A stretch of 53,453 bases of DNA from a virus (taxonomy: Duplodnaviria; Caudoviricetes), in the IMG/VR virus record IMGVR_UViG_3300017548_000187, positions 1 to 53,453 of that record. The stretch is one strand, 5' to 3'. This document shows, piece after piece, positions 8,486 to 15,322 of this stretch (the first letter of the stretch is position 1; each line of letters starts with the position of its first letter). Both the position numbers and the translations under genes were made by a program. The notes under the pieces are model-generated. The model saw only the letters and a program-made list of their open reading frames with translations, did not search any database and had not been told where the DNA came from.

Positions 8486-9289
8486 TTATCCTTTGAACTT
8501 GCAGGAGGGGTGGCGGGGGCAATACTTGGCCGAACAGAGGTACGACTTCGGGTTGCCGTAGAAGCTGCCGCTGTGGATGATTCGGGAGGCGTGTTCGAGC
8601 AGGCCAGGGCTGTCGTCGGTGCCCACCAGCGCTCCGCGGGCCTCGACGATCTCGCCGGTGCCGACGCGTTGGGCCGCTGCAGTCTTGCCAGTTTGCAGGC
8701 CGATGATCTGCGCGGGCGCGGTCAGGGGTTCGCCAAGCGAGTATTCGGCAAGCAGCTCGTAGACGCCCATCTGCGGGCCGTGGCCGGCGGTGGCCACGCG
8801 GCCGTCGACGCCCACGGCGTTCTTGCCACTTTTCAGGTCAGCGATGCCAAGGCGGCCATCAGGGACGCGACGCACGCGGTCGGTCGTGCCAGTCAGCGCC
8901 AGGCCCAGGTCGGTGATCTCCAGGCGCTCGCAAGTGAGCTCGACCGCAACGTAATCCTGCTGTGGTGCGATCTCCGCGCAGTACCGCGTGTGCAGCGCCA
9001 GCGCGACGCGCTCGGCGTCGGCCGGCTGGGTGCCGTCCCAATCGACCTCTTCCATGGTGTCGTGCAGGACGTCGACCAGCGCGCCGGCGGCGTCGTCCGC
9101 AGTGATCGGGTTGCCGTCCAACCTGGCCTGGTCGAAGGCGGCGGTGCCGGCATGAATGGCCGTGCCCAGGCGCGCGGCAGCCGAGGACGGCATCCGCATC
9201 TTCAGGATGTGCTTGGCTTCCCACCTCGCCGGACAGTCGAACAGTTCGGCCAGGCTGGACGCCCGGATGGGGATGATGGTCTTTTGCAT
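8486..9289 (-). CDS. PD-(D/E)XK RecB/Cas4-like exonuclease
   Basis: N-terminal CP, GTAIH, GTTD...ADLKSG, QxxxY, and a C-terminal C-x4-C-x5-C cluster. Confidence 0.85.
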   Translation of the reverse strand: MQKTIIPIRASSLAELFDCPARWEAKHILKMRMPSSAAARLGTAIHAGTAAFDQARLDGNPITADDAAGALVDVLHDTMEEVDWDGTQPADAERVALALHTRYCAEIAPQQDYVAVELTCERLEITDLGLALTGTTDRVRRVPDGRLGIADLKSGKNAVGVDGRVATAGHGPQMGVYELLAEYSLGEPLTAPAQIIGLQTGKTAAAQRVGTGEIVEARGALVGTDDSPGLLEHASRIIHSGSFYGNPKSYLCSAKYCPRHPSCKFKG

Positions 9290-9291
9290 GG

Positions 9292-9492
9292 TCAGAATCC
9301 GGCTGCGCGGCCGACGAACGGCACGATGAAGAAAAGGAGGGCGAGGACGGCGCCTGCGCCGATCCACGCCAGGCGCGGGATGCGGTGGCTGTCGGGCGCC
9401 CAGCTGCCGCCCCAGTCGCTGGTGCGCTGGGCGCGACCGGTCCAGTTGCTGCTCGAGCGGTCAATACCGCCAGGCCAGTTTGCGGTGCTCAT
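9292..9492 (-). CDS. Small single-TM phage protein
   Basis: 66-aa ORF with GAGG RBS and C-terminal hydrophobic helix. Confidence 0.6.
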   Translation of the reverse strand: MSTANWPGGIDRSSSNWTGRAQRTSDWGGSWAPDSHRIPRLAWIGAGAVLALLFFIVPFVGRAAGF

Positions 9493-9603
9493 ATCAGCCT
9501 CGAATGCCAGCGACAGCCGCCGGCGGAGGGTTGTGATGGGAAACCCGGGCGGGCAGGGCCGACGAAGCGGCCAGAGCCAGCGCCAAGGCGGTAAGAATGC
9601 GGA

Positions 9604-9717
9604 TCACGCGTCACCCCGGCAGATGGCGGTGACGTGGTCGCCGAGCAGCGCCAGCGGAAATGCGACGGCCAAGCCGACGACGCTGAAAACGGCGACGAAG
9701 GTGAGGGCGTCGATCAC
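9604..9717 (-). CDS. Small hydrophobic peptide (37 aa)
   Basis: GTGA-coupled to the 121-aa ORF; sequence (M)IDALTFVAVFSVVGLAVAFPLALLG. Confidence 0.45.
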   Translation of the reverse strand: MIDALTFVAVFSVVGLAVAFPLALLGDHVTAICRGDA

Positions 9718-10079
9718 TGGTGCACCTCGAGCTCGTCGGCCGTCATGCCGGCCAGCAGCTTGCGGGCGCGCTTGAGCAGTTCGGCCTGCAGGGCGGCGAT
9801 GCCGGGGCCGCAGCGGTCGCGGTCGAAGTGCCAGGTGGTCATGGCAGCCAGCCCGACTTGGGCAAGGGCAGGGGCACTGATGTCGGTGAACGACTCGGCC
9901 CACCATTCCAGGTCCTCGCCATAAGCGCGGTCGATGCGGCCGGCAAACAGGTCGTAGATCGGGCCCAGCACCTGCTCGTCGTCGAGCTCCAGGGCCTTGA
10001 CGCCGCGGTCGCGCTGCAGTTGGCCGTAGTCGGCGGTGCGCGTGGCGTCGTCTGGCAGGGCGGCAAGATTGATCTGCAT
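9714..10079 (-). CDS. Hypothetical phage protein
   Basis: AGGAG RBS; GC3-rich codons. Confidence 0.75.
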   Translation of the reverse strand: MQINLAALPDDATRTADYGQLQRDRGVKALELDDEQVLGPIYDLFAGRIDRAYGEDLEWWAESFTDISAPALAQVGLAAMTTWHFDRDRCGPGIAALQAELLKRARKLLAGMTADELEVHQ

Positions 10080-10113
10080 GGTGTTCTCCTGGCCCGCGCG
10101 GCGGGCGCGAGGG

Positions 10114-10314
10114 TTAGCGGTCGCCGTTGGCGATGTCTCTGCGGAGATCGCGCGCTATGAGCGTCAGGCGCCCGAGCCTCGATTCGTAGCCCCAGTCGCC
10201 AGGGCTGCCGGCGTACTTCAGCAACTGGTCAAGCACGGCGATCCAGCGGGCGCGTTCTTCGATGGACAACTCGCACTCGGCGAGCGGGCATTCGTTGAAG
10301 GGTTTGGCGGCCAT
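10114..10314 (-). CDS. Hypothetical phage protein
   Basis: 66-aa ORF in the PL operon. Confidence 0.6.
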   Translation of the reverse strand: MAAKPFNECPLAECELSIEERARWIAVLDQLLKYAGSPGDWGYESRLGRLTLIARDLRRDIANGDR

Positions 10315-10317
10315 GAC

Positions 10318-10650
10318 TCACGCCGCCTTGATGTAGTTGGTGAACAGGCCGCGCCCGTGGTTGGCGCCGCCGCACTTGCATTCGCAGGCGCCGTTGTGCT
10401 TGCCATTCAGGCACTTGGCGTTGCACTCATGGCGCGAGGGGAAGGCCTTGTATTCGATCTTTCGGGTGATCGGCAGCACGGCGCCACCCAGGTTCCCGCC
10501 CACGTGGCCCACCAGCATCTGGTAGCCGTCGTAGCGGATACCCTTCACGCCAGGCCAGCGCGCGGCGAATTCCTTATTCGGCATGCCGTGCGGCGCGGTC
10601 AGCGAGACCGCTTCGCCGGTCACGTCGCTGAAGTACTTGATGCTTGCCAT
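10318..10650 (-). CDS. Cys-rich small protein, first gene of the PL operon
   Basis: GGAG RBS; C-terminal HECNAKCLNGKHNGACECKCGGANHG. Confidence 0.75.
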   Translation of the reverse strand: MASIKYFSDVTGEAVSLTAPHGMPNKEFAARWPGVKGIRYDGYQMLVGHVGGNLGGAVLPITRKIEYKAFPSRHECNAKCLNGKHNGACECKCGGANHGRGLFTNYIKAA

Positions 10651-10699
10651 GCTGATCTCTCCCATTCGCTGGCCCGGCGGACCGTGGTGATACGATGGG

Positions 10700-10750
10700 A
10701 GAATATTAGGCGAAGCCTTATTTAATGTAAATAGGCAAAGCCTTATTTAT
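10700..10750 (-). promoter_or_regulatory. PL promoter with two OL operators
   Basis: TAGGC-N3-GCCTT at 10707-10719 and 10732-10744, the same motif as OR. Minus strand reads TTTACA-17-TAATAT. Confidence 0.8.
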
Positions 10751-10841
10751 TTGTAACGTGTGCCGCGCCGGGGATGCCCGGCCCGCCGCGCCACGCGATG
10801 CGCTACGATTCTGGAATTATTTAGTTACCCGGAGGAGGGCC

Positions 10842-11111
10842 ATGAACCACGACTATCAGCTTGCTAGCATTGCAGCCGTCGGGCTGTACTATGTTGCTTG
10901 GCCCGTTGTTTGTTGGATTGCGTGCGCTTTTTTTTCGGCCTACATGGCCGGGCAGAAGGGCAGATGGGGCTTCGTGTGGTTCGTGTGGGGTGTCTTGTTC
11001 GGCCCCGTGGCTTTGGTCGCCATTGCTGGCCTGCCGCCTCGAGTTCAGCCCGTGGAGGAGGTGTCGTTGAGAGGACGCCCGAATCGAGGTGAAGAGCCGC
11101 GGCTGGTGTGA
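10842..11111 (+). CDS. Small membrane protein
   Basis: GGAGGAGG RBS; two hydrophobic segments, 'KGRWGFVWFVWGVLFGP'. Confidence 0.7.
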   Translation: MNHDYQLASIAAVGLYYVAWPVVCWIACAFFSAYMAGQKGRWGFVWFVWGVLFGPVALVAIAGLPPRVQPVEEVSLRGRPNRGEEPRLV

Positions 11112-11123
11112 ACGTGCGCCCAT

Positions 11124-11147
11124 AAAGAAAACCGCCCGGAGGCGGTT
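11124..11147 (-). terminator. Intrinsic terminator ending the cI-linked operon
   Basis: Hairpin AACCGCC-tccg-GGCGGTT followed by TTCTTT on the minus strand, between convergent genes. Confidence 0.65.
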
Positions 11148-11150
11148 GGG

Positions 11151-11663
11151 TTACTTGCTGGGCGGCGAGGGAGTGGGCGGCGGTGTGCTCTGTGCCTGCA
11201 GTCCAGCCTGGAAGGCTGAAAGCATGTTTGCGGTAAGGGTGCCATTGAACGCGGCGATCCCCAACACGATGGCGACGACCGTCACGATAGCGGTGGTGAT
11301 GATCGTCGTCTTCAGCCCGCCAAGCTTTTCAGCCGTCGTGCGATTTTCGGCCCGGATTTCCTTCACCGATTCGGCGACCGCTTTGACCGCGTCTTCGATA
11401 CGCGCAACTCGCCCCTCCATGCGGGCCTCTATGGCCTGCAGCTTGGCGTCGAGTTCGGGACGGGAGACAGGTTCCATGGCCTGATTATCGCTCAACTGCG
11501 CTTTGCGGTCACCCACAGAAGGTTTCGTGGCGCCTGACAAGTAATCGCTGAATCTATCAATGAAGTCATCAAGCCGATTGGACTCGTACGGTTGGTGAAC
11601 GCCGCGCGCGAGCTGCGCAATGACATCCATGTACCGTTTGTTGGCGGCCGGATCAACTTGCAT
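11151..11663 (-). CDS. Coiled-coil protein with C-terminal TM helix
   Basis: Heptad region followed by IITTAIVTVVAIVLGIAAF. Confidence 0.65.
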   Translation of the reverse strand: MQVDPAANKRYMDVIAQLARGVHQPYESNRLDDFIDRFSDYLSGATKPSVGDRKAQLSDNQAMEPVSRPELDAKLQAIEARMEGRVARIEDAVKAVAESVKEIRAENRTTAEKLGGLKTTIITTAIVTVVAIVLGIAAFNGTLTANMLSAFQAGLQAQSTPPPTPSPPSK

Positions 11664-11892
11664 CCCCGTCTCCCTCCGAGGCCTTTCTGGCGAGGCTCTT
11701 AAAAAAGTCGAGAACTGCCGCGACGCCGGCCGTGTGTTCCTTCGGCGTGAACTGTTCTATTCGAGCGGCAAGTGCAGCGCCGTCAACCGCTTTTGCGGCC
11801 AGCAATTCCTTTGTAAGAGCGCTCAATACGACGAGATACGAAATATCCGCGTCTCCAGGTTCAATGGTCGCCTTCTCTTTTTGTTCAGCCAT
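11653..11892 (-). CDS. Small hypothetical protein
   Basis: GAGG RBS; overlaps the next gene's start. Confidence 0.6.
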   Translation of the reverse strand: MAEQKEKATIEPGDADISYLVVLSALTKELLAAKAVDGAALAARIEQFTPKEHTAGVAAVLDFFKSLARKASEGDGDAS

Positions 11893-11951
11893 TCAATCCT
11901 CGTGTAGTTCTATTTGACCTGCGTTGTCAGCTTCTCGGTGGGGTGGGGCGC

Positions 11952-12149
11952 TTAGCGCAAAAAAGGCGACGACAGCGCATTCCTCGATGACGATCCCGCG
12001 GCGATCAGGTCGATGACCGAGATCACCGTCACCACGATCGTGATCACCGCAAGAACTTTGGCGAACTTGTTCACGTCTGGCTTGGTGAGACTAGCCACCA
12101 TGCGGGTGATAATGTAAGCAGCGAGCATGAAACCTATGGCTGGGATCAA
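11952..12149 (-). CDS. Small 2-TM membrane protein
   Basis: Probable TTG start behind GGAG; two hydrophobic helices. Confidence 0.55.
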   Translation of the reverse strand: MIPAIGFMLAAYIITRMVASLTKPDVNKFAKVLAVITIVVTVISVIDLIAAGSSSRNALSSPFLR

Positions 12150-12171
12150 GGTTCTCTCCGTGATTTGGCGG

Positions 12172-12834
12172 TTACTGCGGCGCCGTGCCAAACGGGAAGT
12201 CGACCCGATTACCCGACGGCTTAGGTTTTTTCAGGACGCCGCGAAGCTCTTCAGGGAACTCATCCTCGACGTTGAAGCTGTTGCAGAGGGCTTCGTTAAG
12301 GCCCCAGGTCTGGCCAGTACGCACTCTCCCGTCAGATTCTTCGCAGGTCATCCAATGATCGGTTTGGCCGAGCAGGTAATCCATGCGCGCCCAGAAAGTG
12401 TCGTAAATGGCAGTTCCTTGGACTGCGGCTCCCCCGTAGCCAGGCAAAGTTGCTACGGAGGCACCGCCGTTGGTCGTTGCCATCGGGGCCATCATTCCGC
12501 CCGTGGTCGTCGAAACTCCTATCGAGGCCTTGGTCCCATCGGGGGAGGGCGTTGCGCGGAGCAGCCAAGTGTCGCTTCCCGCCGCCGCGGCTAATACCAG
12601 ATACACCGACCATGGCCGCACGGCCGTCATCGTATCTTCTGTGTAGGAAATCTGGAAGTCGGCCCCATCCGCCAGCCGGAACAACTTCTCTGCAGCTTTG
12701 AAGACTTCGTCCGGGGATTTGCCTGGATATGTTCGTTGGGTTGCCGACAGCCACTCATCACGGGTCATTTGCCGCGGCGCCGCGCATCCGGTCAACAGGA
12801 CCGCCAAAGAAATCAAAAGAAGCAGTTTTCGCAT
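12172..12834 (-). CDS. Lipoprotein downstream of cI
   Basis: MRKLLLLISLAVLLTGC: signal peptide with lipobox. Confidence 0.8.
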   Translation of the reverse strand: MRKLLLLISLAVLLTGCAAPRQMTRDEWLSATQRTYPGKSPDEVFKAAEKLFRLADGADFQISYTEDTMTAVRPWSVYLVLAAAAGSDTWLLRATPSPDGTKASIGVSTTTGGMMAPMATTNGGASVATLPGYGGAAVQGTAIYDTFWARMDYLLGQTDHWMTCEESDGRVRTGQTWGLNEALCNSFNVEDEFPEELRGVLKKPKPSGNRVDFPFGTAPQ

Positions 12835-12867
12835 TTGGTCACTCATAGGCGAAAATTTTTGGCCCAT

Positions 12868-13584
12868 TTAAAAATCCTCGCTGCGCCAGACCTTCAAAAC
12901 GCGACCGAAAACTTCGAAGTCCATCGAGCTGTCAATCACCCAGTCTCGATAGGCATTGTTTTCCGAGATGGCCAGCAGGCCTTTGCCAGGCACGCGCTGC
13001 AGGCGCTTGATGAAGCCCTCGTTGCCGACACGGAAGAAGTACACGGCATCGAACTCCACTGAGTTCACGCTGGAATCTAGGATCAGCGGATCACCGGGGT
13101 TGAACATCGGGCGCATGGAATCGCCAAAGCCAGTCACGATGCACAGGCTGTTCACCTGAGAGTAGCCGCGCACGTTCTTCTCCAGCCATTCCCGACTGAC
13201 CCGCCAACTTTCGATGACGCCCGGCTGATCCCTCAGCTCCACTCCTGCCACTCCCATCCTGCCACCCGTGTCATATTGACTGATGGTAACGGAAGATGTC
13301 GATGTGTCGGGAAGTGGGGTTAACCCGGCCGAGGTTTCTGTTCCTTCGTCCTCGGCCAATGGCGCCGCTGGCCACTCTCGCAACCCCCAGTGTTCAGGCC
13401 CGACCACATCCGCGAAGTAGCTCCAGAGCTTGGGAAGCTTGTCTTTCCCAATGACGCCGCGGTTAAGCCAATCCTGCACAGACGGGGGGGTCACGCCAAA
13501 TTCAGACGCAACGGCCTTTTGGGTGACCCCTTTCTTCTTGATGGCGGCGCGTATGGCGCGCCCGAGTTGTTCGCCAGTAAGCAT
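12868..13584 (-). CDS. cI: CI repressor (XRE HTH + S24 peptidase)
   Basis: N-terminal HTH (TQKAVASEFGVTPPSVQDW); S24 motifs GDSMRP and FIKRL; divergent from cro. Confidence 0.95.
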   Translation of the reverse strand: MLTGEQLGRAIRAAIKKKGVTQKAVASEFGVTPPSVQDWLNRGVIGKDKLPKLWSYFADVVGPEHWGLREWPAAPLAEDEGTETSAGLTPLPDTSTSSVTISQYDTGGRMGVAGVELRDQPGVIESWRVSREWLEKNVRGYSQVNSLCIVTGFGDSMRPMFNPGDPLILDSSVNSVEFDAVYFFRVGNEGFIKRLQRVPGKGLLAISENNAYRDWVIDSSMDFEVFGRVLKVWRSEDF

Positions 13585-13660
13585 TGCCTAATTTCGCCTG
13601 TGCGCCTCAGATTCGGCAATGCCTATTGATTAAAATTAGGCTAAGCCTTATTATCGCCGC
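13578..13660. promoter_or_regulatory. OR with three operators, PR and PRM
   Basis: TAAGCATTGCCTA 13578-90, TCGGCAATGCCTA 13613-25, TAGGCTAAGCCTT 13637-49. PR is TTGATT(13626)-17-TATTAT(13649). Confidence 0.85.
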
Positions 13661-13903
13661 ATGAACGAGACCATGCAGCGCGCCGCCGACGCGTGCGGGG
13701 GGCAGGCCAAGCTGGCCCGCCTCATCGGCGTCACGAATCCGACGGTGAACCAGTGGGTTCGAGGGAGTCGACCGGTACCGATAGAACGCTGCCCGGACAT
13801 CGAGCGCGCAACTGGTGGCGCCGTAACTCGCCGCGACCTGCGACCCGACGACTGGCAGCGGATTTGGCCGGAACTCGCAAAGAGCGAGGCCGCCCATGTG
13901 TGA
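13661..13903 (+). CDS. cro: Cro-like repressor (YdaS-type)
   Basis: GGQAKLARLIGVTNPTVNQW...IERATGGAVTRRDLRPD. Confidence 0.92.
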   Translation: MNETMQRAADACGGQAKLARLIGVTNPTVNQWVRGSRPVPIERCPDIERATGGAVTRRDLRPDDWQRIWPELAKSEAAHV

Positions 13904-14037
13904 CCCCGACCCCAAAGACGAACGTATCCCCATCGGCCCGACCGACGTGTGATCCCGCTGTGTGCATGGCGTTGTCATGCACAAATTTTTGTCCACTTTT
14001 GCCTCTCAACACCTCACAACTGTCTTGCGAAGCAACC

Positions 14038-14442
14038 ATGACCCAAGGTGAATTGACCCTGCAGAACATCGCCGTGCGCCCGGAAGAGGTCGCCCGCAAA
14101 CAGTCCCTCGGTGCCGCCATAGAGCTGTGCGCCGAGCTGGCCGGCTTCTCGCTGGACAAGGAGCTGCAGATGGCCCTGGACGTGGACAAGGGCCAGTTCT
14201 CGCGCTGGCAGTCGGGCCAGGAAGGCATCAAGTGGGACAAGTTCGTCGCGCTGATGAACGCCTGCGGCAACGATGCGCCAATCCTGTGGATGCTGCACCA
14301 GCGCGGCTACGACCTGCATGCGCTGCGCAAGCGCGAAACCGAGACGCAGCGCGAGTTGCGCGAGGCGCGCGAGCGCATTGCCGAGCTCGAACGCGAGCGG
14401 GCCCTGACCATCCGCGTGCTGCGCGACGTGAGGGCTGCCTGA
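14038..14442 (+). CDS. CII-like HTH regulator
   Basis: HTH 'LDVDKGQFSRW' and C-terminal coiled coil; positioned after cro. Confidence 0.7.
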   Translation: MTQGELTLQNIAVRPEEVARKQSLGAAIELCAELAGFSLDKELQMALDVDKGQFSRWQSGQEGIKWDKFVALMNACGNDAPILWMLHQRGYDLHALRKRETETQRELREARERIAELERERALTIRVLRDVRAA

Positions 14443-14963
14443 TGTCCGAAATCCTGCTGGTCAAGCAAGACCCCGTCGAAGTGTCCGAAGCGGACCGGGC
14501 GGCCGCGCGCCGTGTGATCTTCGGCGCAGTCGATGGCTTGGGTGAGCGCGGCAGGAAGCAGTGGCGCCGTCTGTGGAATCGCATATTCAAGCTGCAGCCC
14601 GGCGAGGCGATGGAGATCATCACGCACCAGGAACGGCTGGGCTGGTATCACCGCAAGCACATGGCGCTTGAGCAGCGCGTGTTCGAGGCGCAGGAGGTCT
14701 TTGAGCATTTTCGTACCTTCCGCGCGTGGCTGAAGATCGGCGCCGGGCACGTCGAATTCGTGCCGGGGGCTGATGGCCAGCTGCAGGCCGTGCCGCTTTC
14801 CATCAGCTACGCCGAAATGGAGCAGGCGCAGATGGAGGAATTTCACGATGCCGCCGTGGCGTTTCTGCGTTCGCCGCGCGGCGCGTCGCAGCTTTGGCCG
14901 CACCTTCCGGTGCTGGCCGCCGGCGGCATGATCGATGCAATCCTCGGAGATTTCGGCGAATGA
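14442..14963 (+). CDS. DUF1367-like protein
   Basis: YHRKHMAL, FRAWLKIGAGH and PLSISYAEMEQ..EEF motifs. Confidence 0.7.
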   Translation: MSEILLVKQDPVEVSEADRAAARRVIFGAVDGLGERGRKQWRRLWNRIFKLQPGEAMEIITHQERLGWYHRKHMALEQRVFEAQEVFEHFRTFRAWLKIGAGHVEFVPGADGQLQAVPLSISYAEMEQAQMEEFHDAAVAFLRSPRGASQLWPHLPVLAAGGMIDAILGDFGE

Positions 14964-15322
14964 AAGGCCGCTCAACCAATGCGGCGCAACGCCGCTTTCA
15001 TGATGCGCTGTGCAGCCTGGGCTGCATCGCCTGTCGCCGGCGTGGCATCCGCAACACGTATTGCAGCGTGCACCACATCGACGGCCGCACGAAACCCTGG
15101 GCCCACTGGTTGGTGCTGCCTTTGTGCGGCCCACACCACCAGGACGACGGCACCACGGGCGCCATCGCCGTGCACCCGCACAAGGCGCAATTCGAGCAGA
15201 TGTTCGGCAAGCAGCGCGACTTGTTGCGCATGTGCTTAAACATGCTGGCAGAGCAGGGCGTTGAGGTGCCTGAGCCGGCGCGGCGTGCCGCCAATGGCCA
15301 ATGGACAAGGATGGTCGCATGA
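14960..15322 (+). CDS. Ref-like (recombination enhancement) HNH-type Zn nuclease
   Basis: GCIAC, HHIDGRTKP, LPLCxxHHQ. Confidence 0.8.
   Translation: MKGRSTNAAQRRFHDALCSLGCIACRRRGIRNTYCSVHHIDGRTKPWAHWLVLPLCGPHHQDDGTTGAIAVHPHKAQFEQMFGKQRDLLRMCLNMLAEQGVEVPEPARRAANGQWTRMVA

Noticed and set aside
8486-9289. Cas4 or CRISPR system
   Set aside because: No repeat-spacer array or other cas genes; the context is a phage Exo/SSAP module.
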